IMG/VR virus record: IMGVR_UViG_2974540528_000001
Coordinates: 97,169 to 147,443 of that record
Strand: one strand, 5' to 3'
From: a virus
Taxonomy: Duplodnaviria; Heunggongvirae; Uroviricota; Caudoviricetes
Length of the DNA stretch: 50,275 bases
Positions 15,280 through 22,408 of the stretch are shown one piece after another. Position 1 is the stretch's first letter; each line of letters opens with the position of its first letter. A model generated the notes under the pieces. That model was not told the origin of the DNA, did not search any database, and was given only the letters and a program-made list of their open reading frames with translations. The position numbers were made by a program, and so were the translations under genes.

Positions 15280-15326
15280 TCTGTTTTACCTTTTAAGTTG
15301 GGCGGCGAGGCGACCTGATGAGATGA

Positions 15327-15428
15327 ATAGTAAGCGCTTTACTAATTGCCGTCAATCCCCTGGATGAAAATAAATTAAAAATATTTTTGTTCGTGTGGGC
15401 TTGCGCCCCGGCGTGGTTAGTGTACTAT
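15327..15428. promoter_or_regulatory. Divergent sigma70 promoter pair sharing an AT-rich UP tract
   Basis: Minus: TTGACG-17-TACTAT (15355-15327); plus: TTGCGC-16-TACTAT (15401-15428). Confidence 0.75.
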
Positions 15429-15459
15429 ATAAGGACGCCCACAAATAAAGGTAAACAAA

Positions 15460-15645
15460 ATGGAAAACACAAAAGTGATAACGAGTGAAACAATGGTTAC
15501 CCTTTCCACCTGGGAGACGGAAAGCGCAGCGCCCCAGGTTAGGATCGTGCCTTTACCCTTCGCGTTGAAAATGTATAATGCAGGATTTACCAGGGTGAGA
15601 ATTGTTGCGGAAAATGGAGAAGTGATCGCGGACTCCTGGGAGTAA
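15460..15645 (+). CDS. Hypothetical protein
   Basis: AAGGTAAAC RBS; own promoter. Confidence 0.8.
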   Translation: MENTKVITSETMVTLSTWETESAAPQVRIVPLPFALKMYNAGFTRVRIVAENGEVIADSWE

Positions 15646-15659
15646 AAAATATTTTATCG

Positions 15660-15694
15660 CGGGGCTTGCAAACGGCCCCGGCCTGGATTATATT
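15660..15694 (+). promoter_or_regulatory. sigma70 promoter with the -35 in a hairpin loop
   Basis: TTGCAA-17-TATATT; CGGGGC/GCCCCG. Confidence 0.75.
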
Positions 15695-15700
15695 TATCAG

Positions 15701-15795
15701 ACAGAAGAGGAAACGCCACCCCACGGCGTAAAGGCGGGGCTAACGTACCAGGCGCGGGGCCAGGTCGGAAGGTGGATCGCCGGTAGCTCGCCTAA
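15701..15795 (+). ncRNA. Candidate small structured RNA
   Basis: Follows a promoter, has no ORF; stems 15713-17/15725-29 and 15732-42/15784-93. Confidence 0.45.
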
Positions 15796-15804
15796 AATCT
15801 ATTT

Positions 15805-15860
15805 GTAAAGAATTGTAAAGACGCTTGCAACCTGGGGCCGTGTATCCTATATTATACACA
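15805..15860 (+). promoter_or_regulatory. sigma70 promoter with CpxR-consensus box and DnaA box
   Basis: GTAAA-GAATT-GTAAA at 15805-19; TTGCAA-17-TATATT; TTATACACA at 15852-60. Confidence 0.7.
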
Positions 15861-15912
15861 TAGCGGGAACATTGAAACCGGAGTACAAAACACCGGGGGT
15901 GCCTGTCATTCA

Positions 15913-15961
15913 GCAAATGAGAATGATTATCATTCAAATAACTAAATAAGAATGCTTCTCA
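15913..15961. promoter_or_regulatory. Fur-box-like sites
   Basis: TGAGAAT-G-ATTATCA at 15918-32; TAAGAAT-G-CTTCTCA at 15947-61. Confidence 0.65.
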
Positions 15962-16026
15962 TTCAACAAAAAAAAAATTAAATATTGACTTCTGATTTTT
16001 CATGTGAGATACTGAGCGATACCCCT

Positions 16027-16240
16027 AAAAAATTTTTTCGCGTAAGAAAACAAATACGATCTGGAAATTGAGATCTCGATCGAGAACCGGGCCGAAAAAT
16101 TTTTTCTAGAGAAAAAACAATTACGATCTCGATTTTGAAAAACCGATCGAGAACTCGATTGATATAGAGAAAAATTTTTTGATAGTGAGAGCAAATACGT
16201 TTTTGAAAACGAAAAGTCGATCGAGAACCCAGAGTTTTCT
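16027..16240. repeat. Three degenerate ~70-bp tandem repeats with A-tracts and GATC
   Basis: CGATCGAGAAC at 16077, 16144 and 16218; AAAAATTTTTT three times. Confidence 0.75.
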
Positions 16241-16505
16241 ACCTGAAAATTTGAGATATCTTTTTCGCCTATTTGAGATAAATGTCCAATCTTGATGCCA
16301 AGATACCTATAGCAATCATACACTTGTGCATCATTTTTCGACATAGCTTCCACAAAGGTTTGAGATAATCTACTCCCAAAACTCTTTATTTAAAAATTTG
16401 CAGGGAAGATGAAATCCGTTTCAAAAACGATTTTGAAAACCATTTCGAATTTTAAAATATCTTTGGGATATTAAATATCGTACAAATATCCCACAGTTTT
16501 GAATC

Positions 16506-17321
16506 TTATCTTGGATTGAAAATATCCTTCCATTTAATAATATCATAGGTTGTGCCTGTAGAAATTTCATACATTTGAACCTCATCTGGAGTCGGATTAC
16601 AAATGTCAATGAAAAATGTGCTCAATACAGAAATCAGGAACCGTTCTGTCTTTCCTGGGACTGTGTAAACAATACGCATATCACCGGGAATAGGAGAAAG
16701 GACCAAGGAAGTAGGGCCATTCATAAGTGTAACGGTATTATCAGCAATCTTGATACGACCATCGACACCATACACCAAATCATGAGCAGAAGAATAATGT
16801 GCAAGCACCTCTACTACCGGGTTACCGACAAGGTTGACGAGGTAATCAAGATACAGGTCTCGCCATCCTCGATTCTGCATCATGTACCGTATATGGGATC
16901 CTCCATCAAACATCTCACCCAGTTGCTCTGCGATCCAGGCAACACCATTTGCAATGTCTTCTCTGTTCCAAGTATTGTCGATATCTAAGATATCCTTACT
17001 GAACTTGTTCATGCGCCGCATGGCATTGAGTACATACTCACCTCTTTCAACAAAGGCACGTTCAGTGTCTTTTGCATAATCGAGAAGCCCTTCAACCTCT
17101 GAACCTGTAGCGTATTGCTTAAGGTCATCAAGCACACTTTCCACGCTGGCCTTGGCCTGATTGAAAGTCCTCTCATCAGTCTCGTCAGTAGAGAATTCTA
17201 CACCACCAAGGGCGTATGTAGCATCATCATAGAGCTTTTTGAGATCATGACGCATATCTGGGAAGTCATAACCAACTTTGTTATGAGGGATAAGTTCAAG
17301 AGTGTTTAAAATAGTGGTCAT
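16506..17321 (-). CDS. Hypothetical protein
   Basis: Long ORF; AGGA RBS. Confidence 0.85.
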   Translation of the reverse strand: MTTILNTLELIPHNKVGYDFPDMRHDLKKLYDDATYALGGVEFSTDETDERTFNQAKASVESVLDDLKQYATGSEVEGLLDYAKDTERAFVERGEYVLNAMRRMNKFSKDILDIDNTWNREDIANGVAWIAEQLGEMFDGGSHIRYMMQNRGWRDLYLDYLVNLVGNPVVEVLAHYSSAHDLVYGVDGRIKIADNTVTLMNGPTSLVLSPIPGDMRIVYTVPGKTERFLISVLSTFFIDICNPTPDEVQMYEISTGTTYDIIKWKDIFNPR

Positions 17322-17447
17322 CGTATATCGTCCTGTAATCAATCCTGAGGCGTTTTATGCAAAGGCAGTACGTTTGCCTACCTTGTATACTAAAAACCCC
17401 GCCACGGCGTTTCTACGCATCATACGGGGTATCATAGCATCTGTTTT

Positions 17448-17606
17448 TCAGTCACGTTTCATTTGGTAGCGCATATACGCCATATTCATCTTGTGTTTTA
17501 CATCGTAAGTTACCGGAAGATGACCAAATACAAAGTAGCAGACATCATACAGGATCTCCCAGAACTTGAAAACCAGATATTTATACCGTTTTTCCAGGCT
17601 CATCAT
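17448..17606 (-). CDS. Small hypothetical protein (52 aa)
   Basis: GGAGGTG RBS; ATGA coupling. Confidence 0.65.
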   Translation of the reverse strand: MMSLEKRYKYLVFKFWEILYDVCYFVFGHLPVTYDVKHKMNMAYMRYQMKRD

Positions 17607-18013
17607 CTCACCTCCACAGGTTCAATAAAATAGTTCTGACCTTGTTTTGTTTGACAAAATGAACCAATGTACCAGACACCGAAGCCGCCATGCTGGGTGA
17701 TGCGGAGAATATCATACCCACCAAGCTTTTCTGCTCTTTTGACACTTGCTGGTGCATCGACTATTTTCATCAACAAATCAAACCCAGACATTGACATCAG
17801 GAACTTGTTCCCGTCTTGATCGACCATTTCAATATTCGCAGCAGAACGACCACGACTGAATCCAGTGTACTGGAGTTTCAGCTCGCGAATTTCATGACGA
17901 TCGGAAACATCCACCTTATCTTCCATTTTCCAGTCATGGGCATACCCGGTATACCAAGCATTACTGCCCTTCAGGTATAGTGCTGGATATCCACGCTTTC
18001 CTAACTTAGCCAT
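17603..18013 (-). CDS. Hypothetical protein
   Basis: GGAGGTG RBS. Confidence 0.85.
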   Translation of the reverse strand: MAKLGKRGYPALYLKGSNAWYTGYAHDWKMEDKVDVSDRHEIRELKLQYTGFSRGRSAANIEMVDQDGNKFLMSMSGFDLLMKIVDAPASVKRAEKLGGYDILRITQHGGFGVWYIGSFCQTKQGQNYFIEPVEVR

Positions 18014-18335
18014 ACCTCACCTCCTGCGGGACGGCTGGCAGGGTATAGAATCCCTGCCCACTACATTCCTCATACATCTGCCTGGCGGTAGCAAGGGCGA
18101 TATCTTTCTGCGCATCGTTAAGCAAATAGAAATCGTGACGGTAGCGCATAGCTATGCTGTTCAGGTGGGCTTGACTTGGAACCTTCGGCACCATCACGTA
18201 CCCCTCTGGAATTGCCGGAGAGTTCCCAGCTACATAAGCCATACGTAGCCAGTGATAAAAAGCTTCCATGGTAACACAGCCGCAATCTGCCTCAATGAAC
18301 CCATCTTGTTGTGATAACCATTCTTCGAATTTCAT
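18006..18335 (-). CDS. Hypothetical protein (Eaa-like segment)
   Basis: IPEGYVMVPKVP segment. Confidence 0.7.
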   Translation of the reverse strand: MKFEEWLSQQDGFIEADCGCVTMEAFYHWLRMAYVAGNSPAIPEGYVMVPKVPSQAHLNSIAMRYRHDFYLLNDAQKDIALATARQMYEECSGQGFYTLPAVPQEVRYG

Positions 18336-18679
18336 GGCTTACCCTCGTTCTTTTCAATACCAAGGATCATACCCTGGAGTTGTTGTTTCATTGGAATCAG
18401 GATTGGCATATCATCGATCCAGACATCTGGTGTCCAGCCGTTTTCTGCACATACCTGTGCCTTTTGTACACCACTACAGTAGATTACTTTGATATCCAGC
18501 TCATTAGCCCAGAACTCAATGTCCGAGTTATTATCCGTCGGATATCGGAAAGTAACGAAACGAACATCAAAGTCACCTTCGATGACCATCAAATCAACAA
18601 TGTGATGCCACATGGTTGGATTTAAAGTGAAAGTATCATCGAAGTCAAGTGCTATTTTCTTTTTCTCGAATGGTTTCAC
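18332..18679 (-). CDS. HAD-superfamily phosphatase
   Basis: IALDFDDT (DxDxT) and WIDD motifs; GTGA coupling. Confidence 0.75.
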   Translation of the reverse strand: MKPFEKKKIALDFDDTFTLNPTMWHHIVDLMVIEGDFDVRFVTFRYPTDNNSDIEFWANELDIKVIYCSGVQKAQVCAENGWTPDVWIDDMPILIPMKQQLQGMILGIEKNEGKP

Positions 18680-19011
18680 GCTGCCCCCATCTTCTCTACA
18701 ATACGGTCCCACTTATCGCACTTTTTATCAATATAGTGCTCAAGACGACACTGGACCCTCTCTGCGATTTCTTTTAGGTCAGAATCCCGAGAGTTGATAC
18801 AGTCTTGAAGCTCAAGCATGTACGCGAGGTCGATTGCACAGTTGATCACATCAGCGATCTCCGCAATTGCAGGCTCATCACAGCGATAAGGACGATTCAG
18901 TGCTCGTGCCAGTTCCCCAACTTCCTCCACCAGATTCATCATCACAGAAACAGTAGACCGGGCTTGCGCCCGGACTGAGGACTGGAGGACACGTTCAGCG
19001 ATTCCTGTCAT
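18676..19011 (-). CDS. MazG-like nucleotide pyrophosphohydrolase
   Basis: LVEEVGEL...EIADV motifs. Confidence 0.7.
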   Translation of the reverse strand: MTGIAERVLQSSVRAQARSTVSVMMNLVEEVGELARALNRPYRCDEPAIAEIADVINCAIDLAYMLELQDCINSRDSDLKEIAERVQCRLEHYIDKKCDKWDRIVEKMGAA

Positions 19012-19652
19012 TTAGACTCCTTTTTCTCTTCTTTTGTTTTGGTGGCTGCATCCAACTCTTCAGTATATTTCTTGATTTGAGCATCAAGATACTTAATGGT
19101 GCTATCAGCCAGTTGTTGTGTACGTGGTGACTCAACCACATTCTGACCTACATACGCCGCAAGCATTTTATATGCTGTTTCTTTCTGTGGCATAAAGTTA
19201 GCGTACAGGATACCTAGGAAACATACAACCATGCCAAAGACTGCGATCTTACGTGGACCTTTGGTAACATCCTTTACCACAACAGGTGTTGTTGATTGGC
19301 TCTCCTTCCGGGTTACTTTATAAATTGTGGACTGCTTAATATAGTTGCTGGAGAGCTTTCCATCAGGCAAGCGAACTCGAAGTGTATTATCACTGTTCCA
19401 TACCGTAACGATCTCAATCGTATCCCCGGCCTTATATCCACTCCAGTCTTGGTTAAGAACCAGATTTTCACCTTCGAAGAACTGATACCCTAAGGCTGTA
19501 CCATTCTTCTCAAGGTCTTCATAAATCTTCTGACCGCAATAGCAGGCGGCGTATGCGAGAGCAGAGATAAGCATCAGAGCAACCCAACCACCATAATTAC
19601 CGTCTGTGGTCAGAACATCAATCACATAAATCAGAAAAGGCCATGAACCCAT
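19008..19652 (-). CDS. Membrane protein
   Basis: Two TM segments around a soluble beta domain; GAGGAG RBS. Confidence 0.8.
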   Translation of the reverse strand: MGSWPFLIYVIDVLTTDGNYGGWVALMLISALAYAACYCGQKIYEDLEKNGTALGYQFFEGENLVLNQDWSGYKAGDTIEIVTVWNSDNTLRVRLPDGKLSSNYIKQSTIYKVTRKESQSTTPVVVKDVTKGPRKIAVFGMVVCFLGILYANFMPQKETAYKMLAAYVGQNVVESPRTQQLADSTIKYLDAQIKKYTEELDAATKTKEEKKESK

Positions 19653-19677
19653 TTTGTAATCTCCTCTTAAGATAACT

Positions 19678-19938
19678 TTAGTTAAGTGTTAAATTTCCAA
19701 CAGTTTCGATGAAGCCGAAGGGCATGGAAAATACCTTCACCATATAAATCTTGTCCTTACCATCTTCATAGTAAGGCACAACTACAACATCATCAACTCC
19801 CAGAGGAAGCATAGTCATAATCATACCAGAATCTACAACGTATTCAAGCACAGCTTCTTTGGTGGCAGGAATTTCTTTCTCTGTTTGTTTGCTTTCTAAC
19901 AGGCCACCACGGTGTTGACGGATACGGATTGTTTTCAT
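19678..19938 (-). CDS. Hypothetical protein
   Basis: Coupled (ATGA) to a 20-codon upstream ORF. Confidence 0.7.
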   Translation of the reverse strand: MKTIRIRQHRGGLLESKQTEKEIPATKEAVLEYVVDSGMIMTMLPLGVDDVVVVPYYEDGKDKIYMVKVFSMPFGFIETVGNLTLN

Positions 19939-20058
19939 TTGTTGTCGGCCTCGCGCCGCCCCCAGTTAAGTCGTTCATAAGATTCACTGTCGCCCATGCC
20001 TCCATCACATAAGCGAACAAGTTCGCACTTCCACACACATCTAACACCCGTAAACTGG

Positions 20059-20255
20059 TTAGCTCATGGCTAATCCACTTGTGGATGACTGAAGTGACTC
20101 ATCACTTCCTCTTGAAACTAACTATACACTAACTAAACCAGAGATCAAGATCTTTTTATAAAGATCTATGTTTTAGGTTTTAAGATCTTATGTGTATTAT
20201 TTTATATATGTATTCATGTGCAAAATTTGCATGACACGAGACGCAAAATTTGCAT
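20059..20255. other. Candidate replication origin
   Basis: Three hairpins, 8/9 DnaA box, three AGATCT-led AT-rich units, two GCAAAATTTGCAT repeats. Confidence 0.5.
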
Positions 20256-20533
20256 CACAACACGGTATACTCATACGTACTCATCCCTCTGCGTTCTGTC
20301 GATAGATACCCTAGTGCCACGAGGTTTTTTATGGATGTACTGATTGACCTTTCGGACACACCCGTAGCTTCACTAATCGTTTTATAACTAGCAAAGTATT
20401 TCTTCCCTTTTGTCTCTAAGTATCCTGCCTTGTACTTTATGTGGAGCAGGACACGAAGATCTGTGCATGACAGGTTCTTATCATGCAGCTCTTTTTCGTC
20501 ACAAGCTACCCACTTCTCACTCTTTTTTGGCAT
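20255..20533 (-). CDS. Winged helix-turn-helix protein (replication-initiator-like)
   Basis: SYKTISEATGVSERSISTSIKNLVALGYL. Confidence 0.75.
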   Translation of the reverse strand: MPKKSEKWVACDEKELHDKNLSCTDLRVLLHIKYKAGYLETKGKKYFASYKTISEATGVSERSISTSIKNLVALGYLSTERRGMSTYEYTVL

Positions 20534-20927
20534 CCAAGTATTTCTCCAAATGAGTGAGTACAACCTCTTGGGCATACTCTTGAGATGCATAATTGTGGTG
20601 AAGAACAGCCAGATCACATCCAAGTTTGTGCAAACTTCTCTCGAATGGAGACAAGTGTGTCATCATAACTTCGACCAGACTAAGCTCTTCTTCTGTGATG
20701 TGGAGGGGATCATCCGTGAAATCCCTGGAGATGAGAATCTCCCTCTCACCACCTTCTCCGGCACCATATACCTCGACAATCTTCCTGTTACAGAAAATGT
20801 CATACCTATAGCCAATCCGATCATGACCATCTTGGACTTCAAAGTTCACAATGAGACAACAACCAAGCCCCATCAAGTAAATCTCAAAATCCAAATTGTG
20901 GACAACTTTCTTATTTAAAGTGCTCAT
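20517..20927 (-). CDS. Hypothetical protein
   Basis: Overlaps both neighbours in the operon. Confidence 0.75.
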   Translation of the reverse strand: MSTLNKKVVHNLDFEIYLMGLGCCLIVNFEVQDGHDRIGYRYDIFCNRKIVEVYGAGEGGEREILISRDFTDDPLHITEEELSLVEVMMTHLSPFERSLHKLGCDLAVLHHNYASQEYAQEVVLTHLEKYLDAKKE

Positions 20928-22338
20928 CCAAATCTACCGCCTTCCCAAAAGGAGCTAACCAACCCTTGCGCCCACCACAGATAACCCAGAGAGTGTTGTA
21001 CTTACGCCCCCAGCTTGCTCCACGATGTCTCAGGTCCTCTATGTAACCATCTGTGAAGATTATAACCTCTTTTGCCTTAGGAATAAACTCATCGATGTAC
21101 TCAAATGCACATGCGGCAGTTGTTCCACCAGTTGATGTAACTCTATAATCCAGAATTTCCTTTATGTTGTCCTGTGTGTACACGTTGACGTTGCCAACTT
21201 GGGTTGACCAACAGAACAATGTGATACGGAAACATTGGTACAGGGTGCTCAAAGCGATTATCTCATTGAAGATACGCGTCATTGTTTGACGAGAGATAGA
21301 ACCTGAAACGTCAAAACCGATTACAATATCAACAGTCTCTGTTCTTTTTCTGCCAGGCATAACCATGAACTGTCTCTTAGTTAGAGTGCCATGATCACGA
21401 AGGACTTTTGTCATCCCCCCTGATCGACGACCTAATACCCGGTAAGTACGATCAGATTTAACACGAGAAATCATTCGTTGCTTAATTATTTGCAGGTAAT
21501 TAATCTTCGGTTTACCTTTTTGTGCGATTAATTCTCTGGCTTCTTTCGGTCCTTCACCACCTGCGGCTTTCATAGCAGCGTCAATCATGTCCTCAGACCA
21601 AGACATATCCTCATCTTCCTGATCAGCAGACTTCTGTGGGTGTGGGTCCGTATACCCCAGGATGTCCAGGTCTTTATCATAATCCCCGATGTGCGCCCCC
21701 AGCGGCTTACCTTTACCATCACCAGCTTCATCCGGCAACAGAGCATAAATCTCTTCAGCCGTTTTCCCCTCGTACTGATAGTCACAATAGCAGTAAGCAA
21801 GGAATCCAAATTCTTTTGTCTTATCAAAGACTTGCCGATGAGTGAACCATTTCAAACTCTCGGCTTTCTGGCCCAACTCCTTGACCAGGTCGGTGTTGAT
21901 ATAGTGATCGGCTGCGATATTGAAACGTCTACGGTCAAATGTTTTCCCACGAGACATGTGGTCGTTGGTGACATGGCGGACCTCATGCATTAGAATAAAT
22001 ACAATTTCCTTCATGGTTTTTTGGCGATAGAAGACATCAACATATTCTTTATATTCATCTTTTTGCTGTTGTGTCATCATCGGATGCTTGTCAATACGAG
22101 CAAAAACCTTTTTCTTGCGATCAACAGGCATACCCATAATGAACTCTGGGTTAAAGTATAGGTTGCGATGATCAGTTGCTGCGGTTGGAAGCCATGCACA
22201 GTCAACTATCAGCGGCATACCACTTAATAGCGTCCCGTAGAATGGTCGATTAGTAAGTAAAGCGATGCGGGCAGACTGAACTTTCTTCAGTGCTTCATCA
22301 GCCAGTTCCATAATGCTTTCTTTTTCATCTGTATACAT
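20911..22338 (-). CDS. HEXXH metallopeptidase-like plus VWA domain protein (DUF2201-like)
   Basis: HEVRH; MIDAS DVSGS...GGT...FTDG. Confidence 0.85.
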   Translation of the reverse strand: MYTDEKESIMELADEALKKVQSARIALLTNRPFYGTLLSGMPLIVDCAWLPTAATDHRNLYFNPEFIMGMPVDRKKKVFARIDKHPMMTQQQKDEYKEYVDVFYRQKTMKEIVFILMHEVRHVTNDHMSRGKTFDRRRFNIAADHYINTDLVKELGQKAESLKWFTHRQVFDKTKEFGFLAYCYCDYQYEGKTAEEIYALLPDEAGDGKGKPLGAHIGDYDKDLDILGYTDPHPQKSADQEDEDMSWSEDMIDAAMKAAGGEGPKEARELIAQKGKPKINYLQIIKQRMISRVKSDRTYRVLGRRSGGMTKVLRDHGTLTKRQFMVMPGRKRTETVDIVIGFDVSGSISRQTMTRIFNEIIALSTLYQCFRITLFCWSTQVGNVNVYTQDNIKEILDYRVTSTGGTTAACAFEYIDEFIPKAKEVIIFTDGYIEDLRHRGASWGRKYNTLWVICGGRKGWLAPFGKAVDLDEHFK

Positions 22339-22350
22339 TCTTATCTCCAA

Positions 22351-22408
22351 GAAAAAAGGCCATCAGTTACGATGGCCTTATTATAGGTTAATTCATCACC
22401 CTTTGCAA
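22351..22408 (-). promoter_or_regulatory. Overlapping terminator and sigma70 promoter
   Basis: AGGCCATC/GATGGCCT stem plus T6; TTGCAA-17-TATAAT (22408-22380) initiating inside the stem. Confidence 0.75.

Noticed and set aside
15315-15322. CTGATGAG hammerhead core
   Set aside because: No GAAA partner or flanking stems; it lies in a promoter leader
3624-15977. T12 (3624-35) and A10 (15968-77) runs as phase-variation switches
   Set aside because: The first is a terminator tail and the second is intergenic; exact lengths may be sequencing artefacts
16027-16240. CRISPR array
   Set aside because: Only three degenerate units, conserved blocks of 11 bp or less, no unique spacer pattern and no cas genes
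15740-16500. ORFs 15740-15937, 16000-16353 and the 3' neighbour 16421-16609 (-)
   Set aside because: They translate repeats or promoters or overlap a real gene, and lack RBSs
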